DNA of 64,000 bases from Alphaproteobacteria bacterium (lineage in GTDB: Bacteria; Pseudomonadota; Alphaproteobacteria; JANQMY01): positions 324,961 through 388,960 of the forward strand of contig JANQPL010000009.1 of the NCBI GenBank assembly GCA_028289425.1. The letters are read 5' to 3'. Position 1 is the first letter of the stretch. Each line of letters begins with the position of its first letter. Positions 1 through 9,786 of this stretch are shown in pieces. The translations under genes were made by a program, and so were the position numbers. Under the pieces are notes generated by a model. It did not search any database. It was not told the origin of the DNA and saw only the letters and a list, made by a program, of their open reading frames with translations.

Positions 1-1
1 T

Positions 2-445
2 TACGACGAGGTAAGCGCCTTCCGGGAAGCCTGCGGAGATGCACATTTGAAGTCAATTCTTGCAACCGGCCAGCTCGGATCGATCTCCAAAGTGGCAAAA
101 GCCTCGATGGTTTCCATGATGGCCGGGGCTGATTTCGTGAAGACGTCGACAGGCATGGAAAGCGTCAACGCAACGCTGCCCGTGAGTTTGGTTATGATGC
201 GGACAATACGCGACTACTTTGAGAGGACAGGCACCCATGTGGGCTTCAAACCGGCTGGGGGCATCTCGTCTGCAAAACTAGCGTTGCAATACCTTATTCT
301 TGTGAAGGAAGAGCTGGGCGACCGCTGGCTCCAACCGGATCTTTTTCGTTTCGGGGCGTCAAGCCTGTTGGGGGACATCGAACGTCAACTTGAACACCAT
401 GCGACGGGCCGGTACTCCGCCGCCCACCGCCACCCAATGGGATAA
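2..445 (+). CDS. deoC: deoxyribose-phosphate aldolase, C-terminal portion (5' end lies outside the window)
   Basis: The reading frame is open to the window start. It has the FVKTSTG Schiff-base lysine motif and a C-terminal GASSLL region typical of DeoC. Confidence 0.7.
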   Translation, partial: YDEVSAFREACGDAHLKSILATGQLGSISKVAKASMVSMMAGADFVKTSTGMESVNATLPVSLVMMRTIRDYFERTGTHVGFKPAGGISSAKLALQYLILVKEELGDRWLQPDLFRFGASSLLGDIERQLEHHATGRYSAAHRHPMG

Positions 446-448
446 TCA

Positions 449-2836
449 ATGTCTAACGTGGCCGAAATATTCCAAGAAATGTCTTACGGGCCGGCGCCCG
501 AACAATCAGACTACGTCTTAAAGTGGCTTGACGACCATGGCCGCGCCTTCGGCATGTTCATTGACGGCAAATGGACCCAAGCGCTCACCGGGGCAGACGC
601 CATCGAAAGCAAAAACCCCGCAACGGGCGAGTTACTGGCGACAATCAGTGCCGGCACTAAGGAGCATGTGGACGCTGCGGTCACAGCGGCCAAGGCCGCC
701 GCCCCTGGGTGGGCCAAACTCTCCGGACATGCCCGCGCTCGGTATTTATACGCGCTCGCTCGATTGGTTCAGAAGAACAGCCGGTTCTTGGCGGTTCTTG
801 AGACGCTGGATAACGGCAAGACCATCCGGGAAACCAGAGATATCGACCTACCCTTAATTGCCCGCCACTTCTACCACCATGCAGGCTGGGCCCAACTTTT
901 GGAAAGCGAATTTCCGGACCGCCAGCCCCTTGGCGTGGTCGGCCAGATTATCCCCTGGAATTTCCCGCTACTTATGTTGGCTTGGAAGATCGCGCCGGCC
1001 CTTGCCGCGGGCAACACAGTTGTTCTGAAGCCCGCAGAATACACAAGCCTGACGGCACTCTACTTTGCTGGCCTGTGCGAGGAGGCCGGTTTGCCGCCGG
1101 GCGTCGTCAATATTGTGACAGGTGCCGGCGAAACGGGGGCGCACATTACATCGCATCCGGAAATCTCCAAGATCGCCTTTACGGGGTCAACAGAAGTTGG
1201 ACGCATCATCCGCCAAACCACGGCGGGCTCGACCAAAAAACTCTCCCTCGAATTGGGGGGCAAGTCGCCCTTCCTCATCTTTGAAGATGCAGACATTGAC
1301 GGTGCCATCGAGGGTCTCGTTGACGCCATCTGGTTCAATCAGGGCGAAGTGTGCTGTGCGGGATCGCGGCTATTGGTCGAGGAAAGCGTCGCGGAAAAAG
1401 TCGTCGGAAAGATAAAGTCCCGTCTTGAACGCTTTCGCGTCGGCGACCCCTTGGACAAGGCGGTCGATATGGGCGCACTTGTGGACCCGATCCAGAAAAG
1501 AAGCATCGAATTTTTGGTCCAGCAGGCGGTCGACGAGGGCGCCGATCTATGGCGGCCGTCTATTCCGTGTCCGGAGCAAGGTAGTTTCCTACCACCTACG
1601 CTGTTGACGAATGTATCACCAAGCAATGTTGCGGTCCGCGATGAAATCTTCGGCCCGGTGCTGACGGCCATGTCGTTCCGTACCCTTGATGAGGCAGTCG
1701 CGCTGGCCAACAACACCCGCTACGGATTGGCGGCAAGCATCTGGTCGGAGAACATCAACCGAGCCCTAAGTGTTGCCGGTGACCTCAAGGCGGGCGTGGT
1801 GTGGATCAACTCGACCAATCAGTTCGACGCCGCCTGCGGATTTGGAGGCTATCGAGAGTCCGGCTTTGGCCGGGAAGGCGGTGCCGAAGGCATGCTGGAA
1901 TATTTGACACCCAAAGCCGAATGGTCCGACGGCGGAGAAATGGCGGTTATACCGGCGCCTCAAGGGCCGGGCGACATGCCCCCGTCCGACGGCATCGACC
2001 GCACGTACAAGAACTACATTGGCGGCAAACAAACACGTCCGGATGGCGGCAATACATTGGTTTGTCTTGACCATCAGGGTCAATACGCCGGCCGTGTTGG
2101 CGATGGTAACCGCAAAGATATACGTGATGCCGTTGAAGCGGCGCACAATGCTGCTTCGTGGTCGAAAACAACGGCGCACAATCGGGCCCAAATACTCTAC
2201 TTCATCGCTGAGAATCTCGATGCCCGCGGCGAAGAATTCGCATCCTTGCTCAAATCCCTCACCGGCGTGAGTGCACGCAGGGCTAAGGCCGAAGTCGACA
2301 CCACGATTTCACGTCTGTTTTCATATGCCGCATGGGCCGACAAATTCGACGGAAAGGTCCACACGCCACCATCGCGCAACATCGCGTTGGCGGTTCATGA
2401 ACCGATCGGCGTCGTGGGAATTGTCTGCCCCGATACATTCCCGCTCCTTTCCTTTGTGTCGTTGGTCGCACCGGTTGTGGCCATGGGAAATCGCGCCGTG
2501 GTAATCCCGTCCGAACGTTTTCCGATGATAGCGGCGGAGTTCTATCAAATTCTTGAAACCTCCGACCTGCCGGGCGGCGTGTTAAACATTGTGACGGGAA
2601 ATAGGGATACGCTCACCGACACGCTTGCCAAACATGATCAAGTGGAAGGGATTTGGTATCACGGCTCGAGCGCCGGCAGTGCCGAGGTTGAGCGTCTATC
2701 CGCCGATAACCTCAAACGCACCTGGGTGAACGATGGCAAAGCACGCGACTGGTTTTCCAACGCAACCGGCGAGGGGCGGCAGTTCCTCGAACAAGCTTGC
2801 CAAGTGAAAAACATCTGGCTTCCATACGGCGACTAA
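449..2836 (+). CDS. aldehyde dehydrogenase family protein, unusually long (795 aa): a complete ALDH domain plus a C-terminal partial ALDH-like domain
   Basis: The first ~500 aa carry ALDH motifs (IIPWNFP, ELGGKSP, EEIFGPV) and a catalytic-Cys region (NQGEVCCAGSR). Residues ~520-795 repeat an ALDH NAD-binding-like region (NYIGGK, second GxxxG) but show no obvious catalytic Cys. Confidence 0.75.
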   Translation: MSNVAEIFQEMSYGPAPEQSDYVLKWLDDHGRAFGMFIDGKWTQALTGADAIESKNPATGELLATISAGTKEHVDAAVTAAKAAAPGWAKLSGHARARYLYALARLVQKNSRFLAVLETLDNGKTIRETRDIDLPLIARHFYHHAGWAQLLESEFPDRQPLGVVGQIIPWNFPLLMLAWKIAPALAAGNTVVLKPAEYTSLTALYFAGLCEEAGLPPGVVNIVTGAGETGAHITSHPEISKIAFTGSTEVGRIIRQTTAGSTKKLSLELGGKSPFLIFEDADIDGAIEGLVDAIWFNQGEVCCAGSRLLVEESVAEKVVGKIKSRLERFRVGDPLDKAVDMGALVDPIQKRSIEFLVQQAVDEGADLWRPSIPCPEQGSFLPPTLLTNVSPSNVAVRDEIFGPVLTAMSFRTLDEAVALANNTRYGLAASIWSENINRALSVAGDLKAGVVWINSTNQFDAACGFGGYRESGFGREGGAEGMLEYLTPKAEWSDGGEMAVIPAPQGPGDMPPSDGIDRTYKNYIGGKQTRPDGGNTLVCLDHQGQYAGRVGDGNRKDIRDAVEAAHNAASWSKTTAHNRAQILYFIAENLDARGEEFASLLKSLTGVSARRAKAEVDTTISRLFSYAAWADKFDGKVHTPPSRNIALAVHEPIGVVGIVCPDTFPLLSFVSLVAPVVAMGNRAVVIPSERFPMIAAEFYQILETSDLPGGVLNIVTGNRDTLTDTLAKHDQVEGIWYHGSSAGSAEVERLSADNLKRTWVNDGKARDWFSNATGEGRQFLEQACQVKNIWLPYGD

Positions 2837-2850
2837 ACTGAAAGGGGTCC

Positions 2851-4332
2851 TTGTTGGATAAGAAAGTATTTTCGGACGTTGAACTCAAAGACATCCCCGC
2901 AAGCGGCCTTACGGCCTGCGAAGATGCTCAATCGGCATTTGACCGTCTGACGGACATCTATGACAAAGGCCTCAAATCCATCAAGGGTGATTTTGAGCTC
3001 TACGCGGCCGGCAAGCTGAGCATTCGACGCGAGATCGCCGTTTATCCTTATCTGTGCGCCTATGTGGAACCGGGGGCAGCGCCCCTTTCCGGTGGGCTTG
3101 CTTTTGGCAAAGTCTCTGCCCCCGGCGTTTTCGGAACAACCATTACATCGCCTCATCTGTACCGGGATTATCTGCTTGAACAGATCGGTTTGCTCATCGA
3201 AAACCACAAGGCGGCTCTTTTTGTGGGCGAAAGCAACACGCCGATTCCCATTTCGTTCGCGTTGGAACGGGCCGAAGCGCAGCTCACCCGTGAACAACGG
3301 CAGCAATTGCCTCAATATTTTTACCTGCCCGACTTGGCGGAAACCAATGATGACCGCGTGGACGGACACGCCAACACGGGGCCCATTGGCCCAAATCCCC
3401 TATCCTTGTTTTCCGCGGAGCGGGTTGATTATTCGCTTCACCGGCTGCGTCACTACACGGCGACGGACCCCGCACACTTCCAACGATTTATTCTGTTTAC
3501 GAACTATCAACGATATGTGGACGAGTTCATCGAATTTGGCCGCACCGAAATCGAAGCCGGGCGTTACGCACGGTTTGTGGAACCGGGTAACAGGATCACC
3601 GAAAAGGGCTGCGAACCGGCGGGCGAACAACTCGCGAAACTGCCTCAAATGCCGGCCTATCACTTGGTTCGCGAAGGCCGCACGGGCATCACCATCGTCA
3701 ACATTGGCGTGGGCCCCTCAAATGCAAAAACCATCACCGACCATATCGCCGTTCTGCGTCCCCATGTTTGGCTGATGGTCGGTCATTGTGGCGGCCTCCG
3801 CAGTAGTCAGCGGCTGGGCGACTATGTGCTCGCGCACGCCTATTTGAGAGACGACCATGTCCTCGACCAGGTCCTGCCCGCGGAGATTCCGCTGCCGACG
3901 ATTGCGGAAGTTCAATTGGCGTTGGCAAACGCCGTCGGCGAGGTTACGGAACTGAGCGGGTCGGTCCTTAAGAACCGCTTGCGCACAGGTACGGTCGTGA
4001 CCACGGACGATCGCAATTGGGAACTCCGGTATGACGAACTGTCGTTGCGCTTCGATCAGTCCCGCGCGATCGCAATAGACATGGAATCAGCGACCATCGC
4101 CGCGAACGGCTATCGGTTCCGGGTTCCCTATGGCACCCTGCTTTGCGTTTCCGATCGTCCATTGCATGGAGAAATCAAGCTGCCCGGCATGGCCGATGCG
4201 TTCTACGAAGAAAGTGTCAGCCAGCACCTGCAGATCGGCATTCGTGCGCTCGAACTCTTGCGCCAAGAAGCATCAGCCGGCACGCTGCATTCCCGGAAAC
4301 TGCGCAGCTTTGCGGAACCGGCATTCCGCTGA
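2851..4332 (+). CDS. amn: AMP nucleosidase
   Basis: It is near-collinear with E. coli Amn as I remember it, sharing the blocks HYTATDPAHFQRFILFTNYQRYVDEF, IGVGPSNAKTITDHIAVLRP and GHCGGLRSSQRLGDYVLAHAYLRDDHVLD (PNP/UDP fold). It uses a TTG start with an AAAGGGG RBS. Confidence 0.85.
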   Translation: MLDKKVFSDVELKDIPASGLTACEDAQSAFDRLTDIYDKGLKSIKGDFELYAAGKLSIRREIAVYPYLCAYVEPGAAPLSGGLAFGKVSAPGVFGTTITSPHLYRDYLLEQIGLLIENHKAALFVGESNTPIPISFALERAEAQLTREQRQQLPQYFYLPDLAETNDDRVDGHANTGPIGPNPLSLFSAERVDYSLHRLRHYTATDPAHFQRFILFTNYQRYVDEFIEFGRTEIEAGRYARFVEPGNRITEKGCEPAGEQLAKLPQMPAYHLVREGRTGITIVNIGVGPSNAKTITDHIAVLRPHVWLMVGHCGGLRSSQRLGDYVLAHAYLRDDHVLDQVLPAEIPLPTIAEVQLALANAVGEVTELSGSVLKNRLRTGTVVTTDDRNWELRYDELSLRFDQSRAIAIDMESATIAANGYRFRVPYGTLLCVSDRPLHGEIKLPGMADAFYEESVSQHLQIGIRALELLRQEASAGTLHSRKLRSFAEPAFR

Positions 4333-4337
4333 GTCTC

Positions 4338-4916
4338 CTAAAGTTCGCTGCGTTCCATTAGTTTGTCGGTCGCCGGCGCGTGGTAAGCACGCACACGATC
4401 CAGCAAATCTTCTGCATTATCCGAATAAATAAGCATGCTGCGATGATGGGATTTCAGGAATCCCTGACCGACCACATGATCGAGAAAGGCGATAAGCTGA
4501 TCGTAAAAGCCTGCCACGTTTAGTATACCGCACGGCTTATGGTGGTAACCAAGCTGCGCCCACGTCCATGCTTCAAAAAGTTCTTCGAAAGTACCTATAC
4601 CGCCGGGCAAGGCGACGAACGCATCAGACAGGTCCGCCATCATGGCTTTCCGCTCATGCATTGACGAGACCACGCGCAAATCCTCCACCTTGTCATTGGC
4701 AATTTCCGCATCGGCCAACTTTTTCGGGATGATGCCGATGACTTCACCCCCGGCATCAACCGCCGCATTGGCGGCTGCGCCCATCAGGCCCACCGAGCCC
4801 CCACCGTATACAAGGCCGATCTTGTTGTCGGCGAGCATGCGGCCGAATTGGGCGGCTGTTGTGCGGTAGTGGTCGTTGACGCCGGCGCTGGAACCGCAGA
4901 AGACGCAAATGCGCAT
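4338..4916 (-). CDS. LOG family protein (nucleotide 5'-monophosphate N-glycosidase / lysine-decarboxylase-like)
   Basis: 192 aa with VYGGGSVGLMG and PGGIGTFEE motifs typical of the LOG/TIGR00730 family. It is convergent with amn. Confidence 0.8.
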   Translation of the reverse strand: MRICVFCGSSAGVNDHYRTTAAQFGRMLADNKIGLVYGGGSVGLMGAAANAAVDAGGEVIGIIPKKLADAEIANDKVEDLRVVSSMHERKAMMADLSDAFVALPGGIGTFEELFEAWTWAQLGYHHKPCGILNVAGFYDQLIAFLDHVVGQGFLKSHHRSMLIYSDNAEDLLDRVRAYHAPATDKLMERSEL

Positions 4917-5036
4917 ACCTATCCCTTGTTGGAAGCTAAATCGATTTACAGATCTATTGCAGCCTATCCGGTTATTCTAACATATTATTGTCGACGCGCC
5001 GTTGCGTCCCCCCTGCCCGAGGCACTTGACCACGCC

Positions 5037-6065
5037 TCACAGGCCACTGAGATATTGCTCGATTTCCCGAAGATGTTTCTCTTGGTCCGATGTTGGCAGA
5101 AATGAGCCCGTAAAGCTGTTCCGCGCGAGTTGTGCCAGGTGATCCCGGTCCAAAGCAAGAGCTTCCGCAACCGCTAGGTAGTTGTCGACGACATATCCAC
5201 CAAAATAGGCCGGATCATCCGAGTTTACGGTAGCGCGTAGTCCGCGCCTGAGCATCTCCTTCAGCGGATGGTCCGTCAGCTGATCAACAACGCATAGTTT
5301 CAGATTTGACAGAGGACATACAGTGAGCGTCATCCCCTGATCGACGAGGCGCCGCACCAACTCTTCATCCTCCATCGCCCGATTGCCATGATCGACACGG
5401 TCGATCTTCAACACATCCAAAGCTTCATACACATAGCTGGGCGGGCCTTCCTCACCCGCATGGGCAACCAGGTTGAGCCCCATGTCTTTGGCCTTCTCGA
5501 ATACGCGTGCAAACTTGGAGGGCGGATGGCCGAGCTCTGACGAATCGAGCCCAACACCGATCATTTTTTCTAAGTATGGTTCCGCCTGTTTCAGTGTTTC
5601 AAAGGCAGCCTCTTCGGACAAGTGCCGCAGAAAACACATGATCAGACCGCTGGAAATATCGTATCTTTGCCGACCATCTTTCAATGCGGTGGCTATACCG
5701 CCAACCACTGTAGAAAACTCAACGCCGCGATCCGTGTGCGTCTGTGGATCGAAAAAGACCTCTACGTGACGCACACCGTCTTCTGCAACGCGCATCAGAT
5801 AAGCGTCCGTCATGTCATAGAAATCCTGCTCCGTCAGCAGAACATTGGCACCCTGATAATAGATATCGAGAAAATCCTGCAGATTATTGAACTGGTATGC
5901 GGCCCGCACCTCTTCTACTGATTCAAAGGGAATATCCACATTGTTGCGCTGGGCGAGTTCGAACATCTGGTGGGGCTCGAGGCTGCCCTCCAGATGGAGA
6001 TGAAGTTCAGCTTTGGGGAGGCCCCGAATAAATGCAGCCAATTCCGACATAGAGCACTCTGACAC
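5037..6065 (-). CDS. add: adenosine/adenine deaminase family protein
   Basis: The N-terminus carries the LHLHLEGS metal-binding motif, and the C-terminus has the SDDP-type motif ([11 protein letters not shown]) of the adenosine deaminase fold. Confidence 0.75.
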   Translation of the reverse strand: MSECSMSELAAFIRGLPKAELHLHLEGSLEPHQMFELAQRNNVDIPFESVEEVRAAYQFNNLQDFLDIYYQGANVLLTEQDFYDMTDAYLMRVAEDGVRHVEVFFDPQTHTDRGVEFSTVVGGIATALKDGRQRYDISSGLIMCFLRHLSEEAAFETLKQAEPYLEKMIGVGLDSSELGHPPSKFARVFEKAKDMGLNLVAHAGEEGPPSYVYEALDVLKIDRVDHGNRAMEDEELVRRLVDQGMTLTVCPLSNLKLCVVDQLTDHPLKEMLRRGLRATVNSDDPAYFGGYVVDNYLAVAEALALDRDHLAQLARNSFTGSFLPTSDQEKHLREIEQYLSGL

Positions 6066-6157
6066 TTGAGTTTACAAAAAGGGCCCGGCGCAATGGCGCC
6101 GAGCCCCCTCAAATCCGCAATGCGTGGGAGGGAACGCCCCTCCCGCACATGAAGCCG

Positions 6158-8443
6158 CTAGAAGCGGAGTATGCCTTCAAAACCCCATACACGTGGCTCA
6201 TTCACAAAGCCGGTGAGGTTGTTGAAATCGATACCACCCGTCAGCGATTCATCATTTGTGATGTTCCGCCCGAACGCAGCCAGCTCGTAACCGTGTTCTT
6301 CGTTGACGTATCCAACCCGAACGCCGCCTTCAATCATGTACTTGTCCTGGAATTCAGCGGATTCATACAAGAAGAACTGAACCTGGCTGCGATAGGCCCA
6401 ATCGGTGAAGAAATAGAATTCACCACCCATATTGGGTGCCGGAATGCCATATCTAAGCGTGGCATTGGCGATCCAACGTGGCGCTTGGACCAGATTGTTG
6501 CCGTCGATCGAGACAATCGGGTTACCGGCTGCTGACACACCCACCTGCGGGTCGAGGAACAACGGCCCGCTGCCGCCCACCTCAGCCGTGGCGTTCGGGT
6601 CGTTGATTTCGGTGAAGTTAAAGCTCGTGCCCGCCGTAATGAACATGTTCTCGAACGGGTTGAACTCACCATCCAGCTCGAAGCCGTAACCGATCACCTC
6701 TTCAAGGTTGAGCAGTGTGGCAATGTTTGAGCCACCACCCACAGCCGTCACTTGTTGGTCCGAGACGTCGAAGTAATAACCGGTCAAGTTAATGCGTGCC
6801 CGGTCTTCCCAAAACTCAGACTTGATGCCTGCCTCGTAAGAGAGGATGGTCTCTGTGTCCGCGACCGTCACACCCCCTTGACCAAAGGCAAACAAAACAC
6901 GCCCCTGAATACTCGGCGCCCGGAAGCCGCGTGCCACGCGAGCATACAGATTCAGGTCATCGTTCACCGCGTAAGTCAGGCTGGCATCCCAGGAAACGAT
7001 ACTGTCGTCCGTCGATTCGGTGATGGGTGCAACCGTCGGCATTTGTCCCGCAAAGCCCAGGGGCGCTAAGGGCCGCGAGGCGGTAAAGTCTTTGCTATCC
7101 CGTGAATAACGGGCACCAGCATTCAACTTCAACTGTTCCGTAATGTCGAAATCAATCGAAGCGAAGAATGCGTAGGTGTTGGCATCTTGCTCTTGGAGAG
7201 CAATGCCATCCACGGTGGCGAGTCCCGGTGGTAGGGACGCAAAGGTCGGGAAACCATCCGTCTCTTCAAAGTTAAACGAGGAAATAGATACTTCTTCCGC
7301 GAAGTAGAAAGCACCCACTTGGTAATCGAGGCGCCCAAGCTCATTACTCGCCAGTCTAACTTCGACCGTTGTCTGATCGAGCTGGTCGATATTGTCCTGG
7401 GTTTGCGCATCGAATGGAATGATACCCGGTCCACCGGAGTTACCGCCATCGATATCCCCTTGGGTATCGATTTCGCCGCTTTCATAACCGGCGATGACCG
7501 TCACCGTGTGACTGCCGAGGTCCCAATCGATCGTTGCACTTGCACCAAGACTTTGCAGATCCTGGAAGTTGGTGCCGTCTTGTGCAACTGAAAACCGGTC
7601 AAAATTGGAGCCCAATCCGGTCGTTCCCGCATCGATAATGTTCGCACGGAACAACCGAGCCGTGCCGTCAAGACGACGCCCGTGCACATTCAGCAGTGCA
7701 CTGAAGCTTTCATTAGGTGTGTACAACAACTGCAAGCGACCGGCGAATTCATCGTAACCCTCGAATTCGCTCTCATCACCTAGAGCAAACGTGTTGTCCA
7801 CATAGTCGCTCTGGCGCTGATACTGAAGCGACACACGGGCGGCCAATACGTCTTCGACCAGCGAACCGCCGACAGCGCCTTCAAAGTCGATAAACCCGAA
7901 GCGGCCGCCGCCGAGACTCGCATAGCCACCAAAATCGTGGCTTGGCCGAACGCTTTCAAACTTCACAATGCCAGCCGGCGTGTTCCGTCCAAAGAGGGTG
8001 CCTTGCGGTCCGCGCAGCACCTCGATCCGATCCACATCGAACACGGGGAAGCCTTTGAGGATCGGGTTTTCGAGGACCACACCGTCATATACGAGTGAGA
8101 CAGGTTGCGATGCGTTCAAGTCAAAGTCTGAATTACCCAATCCCCGGATGTAGAAGCGCGGGAAGGTCCGGCCGAACGAGGATTCGATGTTCAAACTCGG
8201 AATGCGCGCGCGCAAGAACCGAATGTCCGCACCGGCCGACGAGATTACATCCAGCCTTTCGCCAGAAATTGCCGCAACGGAAGACGGCACATCTTGCAGG
8301 CTTTGTTCACGTTTCAGCGCCGTGACGATGATTTCGTCGATTTGCGCGGACGCCTCGGTCGCGAGGCCCGCAGCCAAGGTGAGCGCCAAGGCGCTTGCGG
8401 AATATTTCCATGCATTCCGCTTCACAGAGTTCGTAGATGTCAT
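6158..8443 (-). CDS. TonB-dependent outer-membrane receptor
   Basis: 761 aa with a signal peptide and a plug region (IIVTALKREQSLQDVPSSV). The C-terminus is a beta-barrel ending in the terminal aromatic residues LRF. Confidence 0.85.
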   Translation of the reverse strand: MTSTNSVKRNAWKYSASALALTLAAGLATEASAQIDEIIVTALKREQSLQDVPSSVAAISGERLDVISSAGADIRFLRARIPSLNIESSFGRTFPRFYIRGLGNSDFDLNASQPVSLVYDGVVLENPILKGFPVFDVDRIEVLRGPQGTLFGRNTPAGIVKFESVRPSHDFGGYASLGGGRFGFIDFEGAVGGSLVEDVLAARVSLQYQRQSDYVDNTFALGDESEFEGYDEFAGRLQLLYTPNESFSALLNVHGRRLDGTARLFRANIIDAGTTGLGSNFDRFSVAQDGTNFQDLQSLGASATIDWDLGSHTVTVIAGYESGEIDTQGDIDGGNSGGPGIIPFDAQTQDNIDQLDQTTVEVRLASNELGRLDYQVGAFYFAEEVSISSFNFEETDGFPTFASLPPGLATVDGIALQEQDANTYAFFASIDFDITEQLKLNAGARYSRDSKDFTASRPLAPLGFAGQMPTVAPITESTDDSIVSWDASLTYAVNDDLNLYARVARGFRAPSIQGRVLFAFGQGGVTVADTETILSYEAGIKSEFWEDRARINLTGYYFDVSDQQVTAVGGGSNIATLLNLEEVIGYGFELDGEFNPFENMFITAGTSFNFTEINDPNATAEVGGSGPLFLDPQVGVSAAGNPIVSIDGNNLVQAPRWIANATLRYGIPAPNMGGEFYFFTDWAYRSQVQFFLYESAEFQDKYMIEGGVRVGYVNEEHGYELAAFGRNITNDESLTGGIDFNNLTGFVNEPRVWGFEGILRF

Positions 8444-8775
8444 ATTTCTACCCCCAAAAGGATCCCAGATTTGATTTTGCGGGCGGCCCTCCGGCCCAGA
8501 TTGACAAGATTGTTAACAATCTTCTGTCTTCTTTGTTGACAAATAGCGTGATCAATTTCCCACGGATCGTCAACGAACACCCAATTTGCCCAGTTGTCCC
8601 GCCCTTTTCCGGGTCTAACGCGCGACCAAAAAAGGCAGAAATTTCGCGAAAGGAATCACGCACTTCCGCATTAAGGTTAAGCCTATACGGGCCATTCGAG
8701 GAAGAAAATGACGCAATTGCATCACTTCGGAAGGAACTGGGAGTTGTGTCAATTTTGCAACAAAAACTGCACGGT

Positions 8776-9786
8776 TTAGAGGCAGTTGTCGGCCCAGTCG
8801 TCAATCTTTCGGAGAAGCGCTTGTTTTGTGGCTGCGTCGCAAAACGCTACGTCAACAGCATTTCGGCTAATTGTTAACAAGTTCGGCACCGATAGCTTGT
8901 GGGTTTGTGCAACACGCTCGTATTCGCGGCGAATGTCCGTATCGAAAAACGCTGGATCATCCGTGTTGAGGGTGACACTGAGCCCTTGGCGAAAATAATC
9001 TCCGAACGGGTGATCCGCCATTGACGGCACCACTCCAATTACCACATTCGAACTTGGACAAAGTTCCAGCGGAATCTGCCGGTCGGCCAATTCTTTGACC
9101 AAATCGGGATCTTCGTTCGACCGCACCCCGTGACCAATCCGCTCGAGCGGAAATGCCCCGAGTGCCGCGCGTACGCTCTCGGCACCGGCCAATTCGCCCG
9201 CGTGGCAGGTGAGGTGCAGGCCCGCGCCTGCCGCGATTGCAAAAGCGGATTTGAAATCATCAGGATGCCGCAGCGTTTCATCTCCAGCCATGCCAAATCC
9301 GACGACTTTCGGATGCGGGTATTTTTCGGCAAATCGCGCCGTGGAGACCGCATGCTCCGGATCCATGTGGCGAATGCAGGTCAGGATGTATCGCACGATC
9401 ACGCCGAATTCGTCTTCGAGCTTATCGGCGACATCACTGAGCGTATCGACAAACTCCTCGTAAGAGATACCGAACGGTTCGGTGTGGGCAGGCGAAAAGA
9501 ACACCTCCCCGTAACACAGCCCATCCTGAGCGGCCTTCGAATAGTAGGCATACGTCAAATCGAAATAGTCTTCAGGCGTCCGGATCGCCTCACTCATCTT
9601 GTCATAGGAGTTGAGGAAATCTTGAAACGTGTCGCATTTGTAGTTGCCGTCTGCGTCAAAGATCCCTGTCAGATCTATGTTGTGCCGTTTAGCCAGTTTC
9701 CGCGCCAGATCAGGCAAAACCGTTCCCTCAATATGACAGTGCAGTTCGACGAGAGGCAGCGGTGACTTTTCCTTTTTCCTAAACAT
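8776..9786 (-). CDS. adenosine deaminase family protein (second paralog; could be an adenine deaminase)
   Basis: Carries the VELHCHIEGT and TLNTDDPAFF motifs. The start is trimmed to MFRKKEKSPLPLVELHCH (ATG at 9786), which removes the overlap with guanine deaminase. Confidence 0.7.
   Translation of the reverse strand: MFRKKEKSPLPLVELHCHIEGTVLPDLARKLAKRHNIDLTGIFDADGNYKCDTFQDFLNSYDKMSEAIRTPEDYFDLTYAYYSKAAQDGLCYGEVFFSPAHTEPFGISYEEFVDTLSDVADKLEDEFGVIVRYILTCIRHMDPEHAVSTARFAEKYPHPKVVGFGMAGDETLRHPDDFKSAFAIAAGAGLHLTCHAGELAGAESVRAALGAFPLERIGHGVRSNEDPDLVKELADRQIPLELCPSSNVVIGVVPSMADHPFGDYFRQGLSVTLNTDDPAFFDTDIRREYERVAQTHKLSVPNLLTISRNAVDVAFCDAATKQALLRKIDDWADNCL

Noticed and set aside
3062-3775. 237-aa alternative-frame ORF inside amn
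   Set aside because: The amn frame is near-collinear with E. coli Amn, so the overlapping frame is spurious.
8437-8877. 146-aa plus-strand ORF in the 333-nt TonB-receptor leader
   Set aside because: It has no homology features and overlaps the 3' end of the deaminase gene. The region is more likely regulatory (it contains the GATTGTTAACAATC palindrome).
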